64,000 nucleotides of DNA from a virus (taxonomy: Duplodnaviria; Caudoviricetes): the IMG/VR virus record IMGVR_UViG_3300021400_000134. The stretch is one strand, 5' to 3'. Position 1 is the stretch's first letter. Each line of letters begins with the position of its first letter. The translations under genes were made by a program, and so were the position numbers. Under the pieces are notes generated by a model, which worked only from the letters and a program-made list of their open reading frames with translations, was not told where the DNA came from and searched no databases. This document shows positions 51,314 through 61,748 of this stretch, piece by piece.

Positions 51314-53683
51314 ATGGCGTTAAGAGTTTGGCTACCGCTCAATGGTAGTCTTGAAAATAAAGGGGTTAGTGATTATGAAATTAGAAGTGCTAATATCACT
51401 ATAGCAGATGATGGGAAAATAGGAAAATGCTATAGCTTTAATGGAAGTAATTCTTATATTAATATCACTAATTTTGAAATAGGAAATAATTGGTCATATG
51501 GATGTTGAATTAATACTCCAAATTCTGATTCTAGAGGTTGAGAAATTGTTATGATATTAAATAATTCTGGGTCAGATGCAGATTCTCAATTTGCTTTTTG
51601 AGTTCATCAAAAAGAGAATCGTTTTGAAAGTTTGGCAAATACTCAATATGTATCTACCATTCCCTATACCAATTATTATAATAATTGACATCATTTTTTT
51701 GCAACTTTTAATGGCGCTTTATTAACAACTTATATTGATGGAAATGTAGTTAATACAAAAACTATTACAGCAACGCAATATAATGCCGTGAACTTAACAA
51801 TTGGTGCACGAAGTACAAATGCAACAGGAACAGCTTTTGCAAATTGATTTCAAGGAAAATTAAATGATATTCGTGTTTATGACCATTGTCTTTCCGCAAA
51901 GGAAGTAAAAGAAATTTCACAAGGTTTAGTTTTGCATTATAAATTAGATAATCCTTCTATTACAAATTATTTTGAAACAGGAAATCTTATTCCAAATTAT
52001 AGGGAAATGAATTTAGGTTCGGCCAATGTTTCTACAGGAACTTGGCGTTTAGCTGGGACAAGTAATATGACTAGAGCAAGAATTCAAATTACAGATTCTC
52101 CAATTGGAACATGTTATTGTTTTCAAAACTCTGGTATACAAACAGCTAATGATGGTTCATGTTATGGAATAGATAGTACAACTTATTTTGAACCAAATAC
52201 TGAATATAGAATTTCAATGTTTGCAAGAATAACATCTGGAACAGAAGGATATGCAGGTTATAATATTTATAATATTTCTTCAGAACTAGGTGGTTCTCAT
52301 ACGAAAATTGATAAAAATTATAGAGTAACTTCTTTAAATTCAGATGGTTCTTGAACTTATTGTTGATATCATTTTAAAACAAATTCAACGGCTACTAGAA
52401 ATATTTATATTGGTATTACCACTGGAGAGACTTCTGTAACTACACAAATGTGTTTAATTAGAATTGATAAATGAAATGATGGAATGGATACTACTAAAAT
52501 TGTTGATTCTTCTGGTTATGGGAATGATGGAAGTGTAATTGGAAATACTTTAATTCAAAGAAATTTCTCTAGATATAATACATCTATTTATATGAACAAT
52601 ACAGGTACAACAAATCATATTGAATATAATGCTTTAAATATTAGTGGCGCATTTACAATTAGTTTTTGAGTAAAGGCAGCATTGTCAAAAAATCAAGTAA
52701 TTTTTATTGATAATGGACATGGTTATGAATTTGGTATTTTAAATAATTTATTTTATACATCAACAACGACAAATAAGGGATGAGCAACGTCAAAATTTTT
52801 AACAAATAATTGAAATCATATTGTTATAAGATCCTCTGATGGAACGACAGCAGAATTATTTATTAACGGAATTCAAGAAACTTCAAGAACGGGTGCGAAT
52901 AATAATTATTTACATAATAAAACCAATCCTTGATTATTAAATAGAGGTAATAATAGTAGCTATGCAGCTGATGCTAGTTTATCTGATTTCCGTATTTATG
53001 CAACTGCCCTTTCTGCAGAAGATATATTAGATTTATATCATACTCCAGCAAATATAGATAATTTACAAAATATGCATACTTTTGAATTTCGAGAAAATAG
53101 TGAAAAAACTTCAATATATCAAAATGGTATTACATCTACAACAAATGAAATACATGAATCAAATGCAGAATTATTAAATACCATGAGTATTGGAGGTTAT
53201 ACTCCAGCAAAAAATATAGCAAATTCTTGCACTAATTTTGGATATGCAAATTTTGATAATTATGCTTCTTTGGGCAAAGATTTAGCAGTGCATATAGAAT
53301 GTGATGTTGAATGGACCGCATTTACAGCAGATACCGGAGGAACTTTTAGAGGAGTTTGGTTTCAAGGAGCAAATTATGAAATTGCTTCAAGTTCTTTTAA
53401 ATGAGCTGGTACGAATTATATATGTAGTGCTTTAAATTCAGCCTTTTCATTACAAACCATATCTACAATAACAACAGCTGGAAAACACCATTATAATATT
53501 ACGACAACAATTCCTGCTAGTTGATTTGCAACATATAGTAGATCTAATTTAGGTTGAAGATGTGATTATTCTGATGGAACAGGTCATATTGATATAAAAA
53601 ATTTAAAAATAACTCCATTGCAATACTACAATGCTAAAATTGGTGAAGATTTTATTTCAGCAAATAATTTTATAGAAAAATAA
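51314..53683 (+). CDS. LamG/ConA-like lectin-domain adhesin (789 aa, code 4)
   Basis: Two LamG-like units (WHHFFATFNG..YIDG..GKLNDIRVYDHCLSAKEV; WNHIVI..LFING..LSDFRIYATALSAEDI) plus CBM-like inserts. Confidence 0.8.
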
Positions 53684-53695
53684 GGAGGTGCCAGG

Positions 53696-54319
53696 ATGGC
53701 GCAATTAAATACATATACGGTATATTGTCATACCAATTTAATAAATGGAAAAAAATATGTTGGTATAACAAAAAATGTGCCAGAAATCCGTTGAGGATAT
53801 AATGGCATCAACTATAAAGGTTGTACTTTATTTTGAAAAGCGATAGAGAAATATGGTTGAAATAATTTTTCACATGATATTTTAGAAACTGGCTTATCAG
53901 AAAAAGAAGCTATAGAAAAAGAACGATATTATATAAAATTATGAGACACAATGAAAACTAATGGATATAATTTGACTTCTGGCGGAGAAATTAATAAAGA
54001 AATTGACGAAGAATATAGACAGCGTTTAAGAGATTCTCATTTAGGTATAAAGTATTCTGAAACTACAAGAAAGAACATGTCTAAAGCAAAAATGGGTCAT
54101 CCTGGTTATAATTGTAAACCTGTTTGAATGTGTGATAAAATAACACATGAAAAAATTAAATATTTTAAAAATTCTATTGAAGCAGAAAAATTTTTAAATA
54201 AAGGCAACACGCGTGCTCATATTGGGCACGTATGCCAAGGAAAAAGACCTTCCGCTTATGGATATTACTGAATGTTTGCGGATAAGGCAGAAGGAGGTGT
54301 TGACCTATCGCACAATTAA
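53696..54319 (+). mobile_element. Free-standing GIY-YIG homing endonuclease with NUMOD-like C-terminus (207 aa, code 4), absent from ORF track
   Basis: YTVYCHTNLINGKKYVGIT, RW, AIEKYGWNNF, EKERYYI, GYNLTSGG and C-terminal CQGKRPSAYGYYW; all 6 Trp are TGA. Confidence 0.9.
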
Positions 54320-55107
54320 AAGATAGCTTAATTACTGGTGATTTGCGAGTCACTGGTACGATATATGGAGACGCCAATTTGAGTTCACTTAATGCGAGCG
54401 GAACTGGATTGGGGTCTAATGGACAAGTTTTAAAATCAACAGGAACTGGATTGGCTTGATTGACATTGGGAAGCTTGGCTTCTAAAAGTACAATTTCTAA
54501 TCATTCTGTCACAATACCAACAGGAGAGACTAGTAGAACAGCGGATGTTGCAGTAAATACAACAACGGTTAACTCAATTACTGGTGTTGGTACATTGCCA
54601 AGTTTAACTGTTACGGCAACTGATGTAGTAACAGGCGGTACTACTACTGCTATTCCAAATATTTCAAAGAAAACTGTTGTAACGGGTGTTACTAAAAAGA
54701 CAGTTGTAACTGGAGGATCTACAACAGCAGTTCCTAACATTTCAAAGAAAACTGTTGTAACATCAGCAACTGCAGCAAAAGCTACCTATAGTTCTGGAGT
54801 ATTGACAATTTCCGATGGAAGTGTGACGACCGGTGATTCAGTAACAGTAGGAACTGCAATTAATGCTTATACAAGTTTAACAACTGGAGATAGTGTTACT
54901 GTAACAACTGGTGATTCAGTAACAGTTGGTACAGCTATTAATGCTTATACTGCTTTAACTACTTCAAGCATCGGTTCCGCTAGTAATTGAAGTGCTGGTA
55001 CATTACCAACTAAAGGTTCTAATACAACTGTTGCTACTGGAATTAAAACACAGCCTACATTTACAGTTACAACGCAAACAACAACATTAACACATACAAT
55101 AAGTTAA
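54307..55107 (+). CDS. Thr-rich needle-type fibre protein (266 aa, code 4), apparent ATC start
   Basis: SD AGGAGGTG 7 nt before ATC-GCA-CAA-TTA-AAA-GAT (xAQLKDSLITGDLRVTGTIYG); in frame with track ORF 54460; ends at TAA 55105-55107. Confidence 0.65.
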
Positions 55108-55119
55108 GGAGGTAATTAA

Positions 55120-56577
55120 ATGGCAAATGGTTTAATAGGAAAAATAACTGCCGGAGGTGGTACACATTTAATTGCCTCGACAGCTTACTTTACGTGTGCA
55201 ACGGCTAAGGCTACTGCGGCAAAAGTGGCAGCTGCTGCAGATACAAATTTAGATAATATAACTTTAATGACAGGCTTAACTATTTATGTAAAATTTACAA
55301 ATCATAATGAAGTAGCAAATCCAACATTGGCTTTATATAAATCAGATGGTACGACTAATTTAGTTGCTGCTAAACCTATTATGAGATATGGAACAACAAC
55401 AGCTTATCAAAGTGCTGCTGGTTCTTGGCGCGATGGGGCAGTAGTAGCTTTTACTTATGATGGAACTAATTGAGTTGAGCACTCGAGTATTGATGATAAT
55501 AGTAATGATACAGGATATTATGTTAGACATATCTATACAAATATTAAAGCTGGTTCTGTTGGTATTTTCCCTTATACAATAATTATGCAAAGAAATGACG
55601 GACGTTGAGATTCTATTGTAACAAGTAGTTCTACTGGTACGTCAAAAGCGTGTAATACAAATGGATTCGTATTAGGTCAAGTCATGCTAATGTATGCGAA
55701 TAAAACTTATGCCGCAGATGCTAATGTTGATACATATAATGTATGACAAATGCATAGCGGACTAGTTGATCATAGATATAGTTTTAATACCGCTAATAAT
55801 GCAACAAGTGGTACTGCCGCTAGAAAACCTATATATTTAGTTGGGACTGTTACTAATGGATTATTCTATTTAGATACAACTAAATGATGAGCTACTGCTT
55901 TACCGACAAGTGCTGATGGGAAAGTCTATATTTATATAGGAGAATCTTATGATTATTATAGACTTACGTTTACTGGGTATCATCCAATATATCATTATAC
56001 AAATGGAGCTTTAAGACTATACGGGGGAGACGCCTCAACGGTTAATGGACAAGTATTAGGTACATTAGCAACTAAATCCAGCATTGCTAATCATTCATAT
56101 ACGCCAGCTGGAAGTGTCTCCGTTTCTACTAATGCGACAACCAATAAAACAGCTACGGTTAGCCCAGCGTCTTCTGGAACGGCTACATATACACCAGCTG
56201 GAACAATTGCTGTAAATACTGCAGGTTCTACTGTTGCTGCAGATGATATTACCGCATGAACAACTAATACGCCAACAGCGGTTACTAAAAAAACTGTTGT
56301 AACTGGTACGAGCGCAACTACAATTAGCGTATCTTCTGAAGTTTTAACAATACCTGCTTCCGTTATAACGTCTGCAACTACTGGTGATAGCGTTAGTGTA
56401 ACAGCAGGTACAGCTGCATCATTATCATACACTGCACGTACAGTTAAATCTGGAGATGCCAGTTATAAATTTACTGGTACTGGTGTGCGTTTGGTTACTG
56501 GTAATATTGCGGTTCCTAATACATATACCGCATCATTTACCGGCACAGCAGCAACATTGACTCATACAGTTTCATAA
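55120..56577 (+). CDS. Tail fibre protein with needle-type C-terminus (485 aa, code 4)
   Basis: YFTCATAKATAAKV and SWRDGAVVAFTYDGTNW fibre motifs; tandem TGA-TGA at 55885-55890; C-terminal domain homologous to the previous gene. Confidence 0.75.
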
Positions 56578-56587
56578 AATTTTTTTC

Positions 56588-56616
56588 TTGACACATCAAG
56601 AAAAATTTCGTATAAT
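56588..56616 (+). promoter_or_regulatory. Perfect-consensus sigmaA promoter; the -35 lies within an inverted repeat
   Basis: TTGACA-N17-TATAAT; tttttcttga-caca-tcaagaaaaa palindrome. Confidence 0.8.
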
Positions 56617-56620
56617 ACAT

Positions 56621-56715
56621 ATAGGTTAAGATGGTAAGTCGATACCAGAATGAAAAGTTTAAAAAATGGATTGGGAATATTTAGCTGGAAAATCCTTATC
56701 ATCTTAATCTATTTT
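56621..56715 (+). ncRNA. Candidate structured small RNA or leader
   Basis: ataggttaagatggtaag pairs with cttatcatcttaatctat (18 bp, 2 G-U); starts at the expected +1 and ends in tttt. Confidence 0.4.
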
Positions 56716-56746
56716 AAAAAATCGCCTCTTATTCCAAAAAATAGGA

Positions 56747-56790
56747 GGGAGGGGGTAAGTTTTAAATCTCTTACCTCCCATATTTTTTTA
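56747..56790 (+). terminator. Terminator-like hairpin
   Basis: gggagg(gg)gtaag / cttacctccc followed by a T run. Confidence 0.6.
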
Positions 56791-56804
56791 TAGGAGGATA
56801 CAAC

Positions 56805-57758
56805 ATGGCGGATATAAAACAGATAAAGGTAGGCACTACTACCTATGATATAAAAGATGGTACCGCTAGAGAAGCATTATCTGAAAAAGTGTCTAAAGCT
56901 GGTGACACCATGACAGGAAACTTATGAATAAGTAATGGTTTAACCAAAGGAACAAACCCAAGTTCTGATACCACTCGCTATGTATCTTTTGTTGATGGTG
57001 AAGGAATCGCTGTAGATAATAGAACAGGTGCGATTATTAACCAGATAAAAACAGATGGAACATCTTTTACTGGAATTTATGCCTATGATTTTACTGCTGA
57101 TTCTACTCAAGCCCAAGTTTTAAGAACATTTAAACCGCAAGGCGGTAATGGATATTCAAATGTTAGTAGCGCTGATGTTTCTAATGCGGTTTTAAGAAAT
57201 ATTGGTTATGGTACAGGCTCTCCTAGTGGTGGCAGTGATGGAGATGTTTATATTCAATATAATACAACTTCCACACATCCATTTTTAGATTTAGTTTATC
57301 CAGTGGGTGCAATTTATTTATCTACTGTTAATACAAATCCTGGGACTTTGTTTGGAGGAACTTGAAGTCAAATTAAAGACAGGTTTTTGCTTGCGGCAGG
57401 TGATACTTATGCTGCTGGAGGTACTGGTGGTGCTGCAACAGTAACGTTAAGTAAAGCTAATATGCCGGCTCATACTCACAGTAGAGGCACCATGGAAATC
57501 AAAGGTAGTTTTCGTATTAATGATGATGGCAATAATGCTGGTCTTGATGCTGCTAGTTCTGGAAGCGGAGCCATTAGCGCGGTAAGCGGAACAGGAACAG
57601 GTTCAGATGTAGATGGAACTGGATGAGCAGTAACGAAAGGTTTTGATTTTCAAGCTTCTAAGAATTGAAGCGGGGCAACATCTTCAGAAGGCTCTGGTAC
57701 TGCGCATGAAAATATGCCACCATATCTTACTGTTTATGTTTGGCAAAGGACTGCATAA
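56805..57758 (+). CDS. Short fibre with tail-collar/T4 gp10 C-terminal-like domain (317 aa, code 4)
   Basis: YPVGAIYLSTVNTNPGTLFGGTWSQIKDRFLLAAG...MPAHTH...HENMPPYLTVYVWQRTA. Confidence 0.8.
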
Positions 57759-57771
57759 GGAGTAATATAAT

Positions 57772-58842
57772 ATGGCTGTTTATGTAGGAAGTAGTTGAGT
57801 AGAATTAGATAGATGGTCTGATGCTACTGGTTATGGTAATAATGCTGAATGAAGACTAATGGCATATTCCAGACAAGGCGATGCAACAAGCAATAGTTCA
57901 ACAGTTTATTTTAAATGACAGGTAAGTTGTTCTACCGGCTCTGTTTATAATTATGATGCTCATTATTCGAGTGTTTCTGGTACTGGCCCAATGGGGGACG
58001 GTCATAATGCAACACAAACCTGAGCTTTTGGAAGTGTACCTGATACGAGTTGGCATGAAGTTACTGGCGATTCTTCTGATATGTATTGGTCAGGATTGAA
58101 ACATAGGGCAGATGGAACTTGTTCTCTTACTCTAAATGCTTCTGGTACAAGGTGGAATAATTCTAGTTTTAGTACAAATATTAGTATTACTTTACCGACA
58201 ATTAGTAGAACCTATACTGTTTCATACAATGCTAATGGAGGAACAGGCGCCCCAAATAGTCAAACAAAAACGCAAAATGTTACTTTAACATTATCAAGTA
58301 CAAAACCGACGAGAACCGGTTATACTTTTTCTAAATGAAATACCAAAGCAGACGGTTCTGGCACTAACTATAATCCAGGAGCATCTTACACTACTAATGC
58401 TGCACTTACGCTATACGCGCAATGAACAATTAATACCTATACAATTACTATTAACCCTAATGGCGGTTCATTTACTTCAAGCAAAAATAGCACAGCGCAA
58501 TCAACGGCTCAATCTTATACAGTAAATTATGGCAGTAGTATTACAAATATTACTGCAAGTCGTTCTGGTTATATGCCAGCTGGATGATTTACTGAGTCTT
58601 CTGGTGGAACAAAAGTTATAAACAATGGTGGAAGTTTAAATTCAATTTCTTCATCTCGTACTATATATGCACAATGGACAAAAGAAGACCCCCCACCAGA
58701 CCCAATTTATGATGTTTATACAAAAATTGGCGGAACATGGGTGCCAGGAGTGATTTGAATTAAAGTTAACGATGTTTGGTATAGAGGCTTAGAAACAACT
58801 CTAAAAGTTAGTGGTTCTTGAAGAAAAATGAAAGCGCAATAG
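57772..58842 (+). CDS. Virion adhesin with InlB B-repeats (356 aa, code 4)
   Basis: YTVSYNANGGTGAP...KPTRTGYTFSKWNTKADGSG...TLYAQW, followed by a second repeat; DUF859-like N-terminal region. Confidence 0.75.
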
Positions 58843-58858
58843 AGAAAGGTGGTAGAAT

Positions 58859-59515
58859 ATGGCAGCGGTTAAACAAATTAAAATTGGAAACACAAATTAT
58901 GATTTAAAAGCTCTCAATGCTGCTAATCAAAACCAAAGTGGTGCAGTAGTAAGAGATATACAATATGGCACTGCAGCTCCAACAGGCGGTTCTGCGGGAC
59001 AGATGTATTTACAATATGTTAATACAGATACTGAAAATTTATATTTATACGCAGAAGATACCGCTGCAGATACTACAGGAGTGGCTGATAAATATTACAG
59101 TAAAAGTGAAGTTGATGCTATGATTGCTAATCTTACTAATAAAACAACCTGACATAACTATGCTTGAGGAGGCAATACATCTTCAGGTCAAACTGTAACT
59201 ATTACATGTTCTGGTCCTGGCTTTATTATAATTTCAGCTTTTATTAGAGCTAATAATAGTACAGATAACTATGGTCTTTTAGCTACCTCTATATCTAAAT
59301 CAGATAATAATGGTTCTTCTTGGAACGAAATTTCTAGAGAAGAACATAGAAAACATGGATCAGGTTATTCTATAGCTCCTGCTGCTTTTGCTTCAACAGG
59401 AACTTCTACTTCAAGTGCTACAAGATTTAAAATTGAATTTAATAGGTCTTATGAGGGAACTCATTATTGAAGAATAGAGGTTCTTTCTGTTGGATGTACT
59501 GTAACTAAATTATAA
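58859..59515 (+). CDS. Receptor-binding candidate, conserved N-terminus and variable head (218 aa, code 4)
   Basis: MAAVKQIKIGNTNYDLKALNAA; reads through TGA to TAA 59513-59515. Confidence 0.75.
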
Positions 59516-59529
59516 GAGGATAATCGATT

Positions 59530-59946
59530 ATGGCACAAAACAAGTATATTAAGCAAAATGGTGAAGTAATATACCCTATTACGAAAACTGAAAATGTATT
59601 AAATAAAGCTGGATTGGATTGTTTTGGTTGATGTAATGGCATAATGTGATGTTACGCAACTAGAAGTTCTACCAGTACGGTAGATTGAACTTTAAATGCA
59701 AATTTTGGTTCTAATGGAATAAAGATTAATACTTTAAAGATGGATGGAACTGTGCAAAGGGTTACTTTTACGTCATCTTTAGCTTCAACAAACTATGGGG
59801 TTTGAGTTTCAGCAGAAGTTGGTGGAACAGCCAGCGAAATTCTTGGCGTATATGGTAGAACTACAAGTGGTTTTGCCATCGATTGTGCGAATTATAATGG
59901 AGCTGCAACTCAACCAGTCCAAATAAGTATTTTAATTATATATTAA
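59530..59946 (+). CDS. Small fibre-tip/lectin-like protein (138 aa, code 4), absent from ORF track
   Basis: MAQNKYIKQNGEVIYP...VTFTSSLASTNYGVWVS...RTTSGF; 4 TGA. Confidence 0.7.
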
Positions 59947-59966
59947 TTAAAGAAAGGTGATAGAAT

Positions 59967-60056
59967 ATGGCGGCTGTAAAACAGATAAAAATAGGTAATA
60001 TTAATTATAATATGCTGCTATATTTAACAGTTTACATGTGAAGAAGAACGGCATAA
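59967..60056 (+). pseudogene. 29-codon internal-deletion relic of a collar-domain fibre gene
   Basis: MAAVKQIKIGNINY fused in frame to NMLLYLTVYMWRRTA (compare NMPPYLTVYVWQRTA); SD retained. Confidence 0.75.
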
Positions 60057-60072
60057 CTAAAGGAGGTAAGAC

Positions 60073-61077
60073 ATGGCTACACTTGGAACTTCATGAACTA
60101 ATATAGGAAGTCAAAGTTTCTCTGTTGGCGGTTATGGTCATACCGCCTACATATATGCAAAATTAAACCATCAATCTGGATTAACCTCTTATATTGATTT
60201 AGAATTAAGAATTAATTATAGTGTTTGATTACAATCTTATGATACAGACTTTTATTTAACCGGTTATGGATGATTAGGCTATGCCTATAGAGAATGAATG
60301 AGTGCTGGAACATATACGATTATGTCTTCTAGCATAACGGTAGGACATGACTCAAATGGAAATGCATCCTTTGCAGCTCAAGGTGGTTATGAATACAAAG
60401 GAATGGGTGTCAGCGCAACCACATTCTGAAGTAGTACCTATAGTCTGCCTAAAATTACTGTAAATTATACAGTAACTTATAATGCGAACGGTGGTTCTGG
60501 CCAACCTGGAAACCAGACCAAAGTTCATGGAACAAATTTGACATTATCTTCAACTAAACCTAGTTGAAGTGGACATACATTTAAACATTGAAATACTGCG
60601 GCGAATGGTTCTGGTACATCTTATAATCCAGGAGGAACATATTCTACAAATGCGAATGTTACATTATATGCACAATGAGATAATGAAACATATACAATTA
60701 CATACAATGCAAATGGAGGAGATGGCGCGCCAGATACTTCAACTAAAGTTTATGGTAGTCCAATGAGATTATCTACAATAACCCCAACGAGAGCAGGGTA
60801 TACGTTTTTTAGATGAAATACTGCTTCTGATGGAACTGGACAAGATTTTAGTCCAGGTGGATTATTTGGAATAGATGCCACTACAACATTATATGCTATT
60901 TGAATACCGAATGGTACTGCGCCGACTGGTTTGTTTGATTGCTACACTGCAATCAAAGGAGCTGGACAATATACTCCTTGCTTTATATGGATTAAAGTAG
61001 GAAGTACGTGATATTTTGTTAAAAAAACTGCGGTAAATGTCGGCGGGACATGGAAAACTGTAAGTAACAAAGGATAG
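60073..61077 (+). CDS. Virion adhesin with two InlB B-repeats (334 aa, code 4), paralog of 57772
   Basis: YTVTYNANGGSGQP...WNTAANGSG...TLYAQW repeated; 11 TGA and 2 TGG; missed by the ORF track. Confidence 0.8.
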
Positions 61078-61086
61078 GAGGAGAAT

Positions 61087-61743
61087 ATGGCAGCTGTAAA
61101 ACAGATTAAGATAGGTAATACAAACTACGATTTAAAAGCATTGAATGCGGCTAATCAAAATCAATCAAATGCTGTTGTAAGAGATGTCCAGTATGGAACA
61201 GCTACTCCTACTGGCGGAAGTGCTGGTCAAATATATTTACAATATACTAATACAGATACCACCAATCCCTATGTTTATGCTGAGGATACTCCTGGAACTG
61301 AAGTTAATGTCAGTGATAAATATTACAGTAAAACTGAGGTTGATAATAAATTTGCTTGAAAAAAATTTGGTTCACATAGTGGAGCAGATAATTGAGATAT
61401 AACTTCTTGTTGAAACCAATGTCAAGAATTATATATTGTTGTTAGTAAATACTTTAGAGGTTCTAACACTTCAGCGAATGAAGTCATAGAATTACAATGT
61501 CACGTATTAAAACAGCAGGTTGAAGAAGATTGGACTAGTTCATACAATACTGGAAAAATTGTATTTATTCCAGCTGGAAATAGATATAATAATAATCAAG
61601 GAAATAGCAGTATTTGAAATGCCCTTTTTAGATTACATAATGGTAATGGTAATGTTTATCTTCAGTTAAACGAATTATTTTGTGTATCACTCGCTTCAAC
61701 AAATCAGAATGGCTCAGGGTATTATATATTATATTGAAGGTAA
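61087..61743 (+). CDS. Receptor-binding candidate (218 aa, code 4), paralog of 58859
   Basis: First ~88 aa highly similar to 58859; the C-terminal part is unrelated by eye. Confidence 0.75.
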
Positions 61744-61748
61744 TTATT

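Noticed and set aside
53696-54319. Group I intron housing the GIY-YIG gene
   Set aside because: The ORF fills the whole insert; no flanking non-coding sequence for a ribozyme core was found.
48745-54960. CRISPR array or non-coding tandem repeats
   Set aside because: The repeats are in-frame, synonymously diverged coding repeats without a constant repeat-spacer period.
56621-56790. Suppressor tRNA-Trp(TCA)
   Set aside because: No cloverleaf, T-loop GTTC motif or correctly placed TCA anticodon; no tRNA was recognised anywhere in the window.
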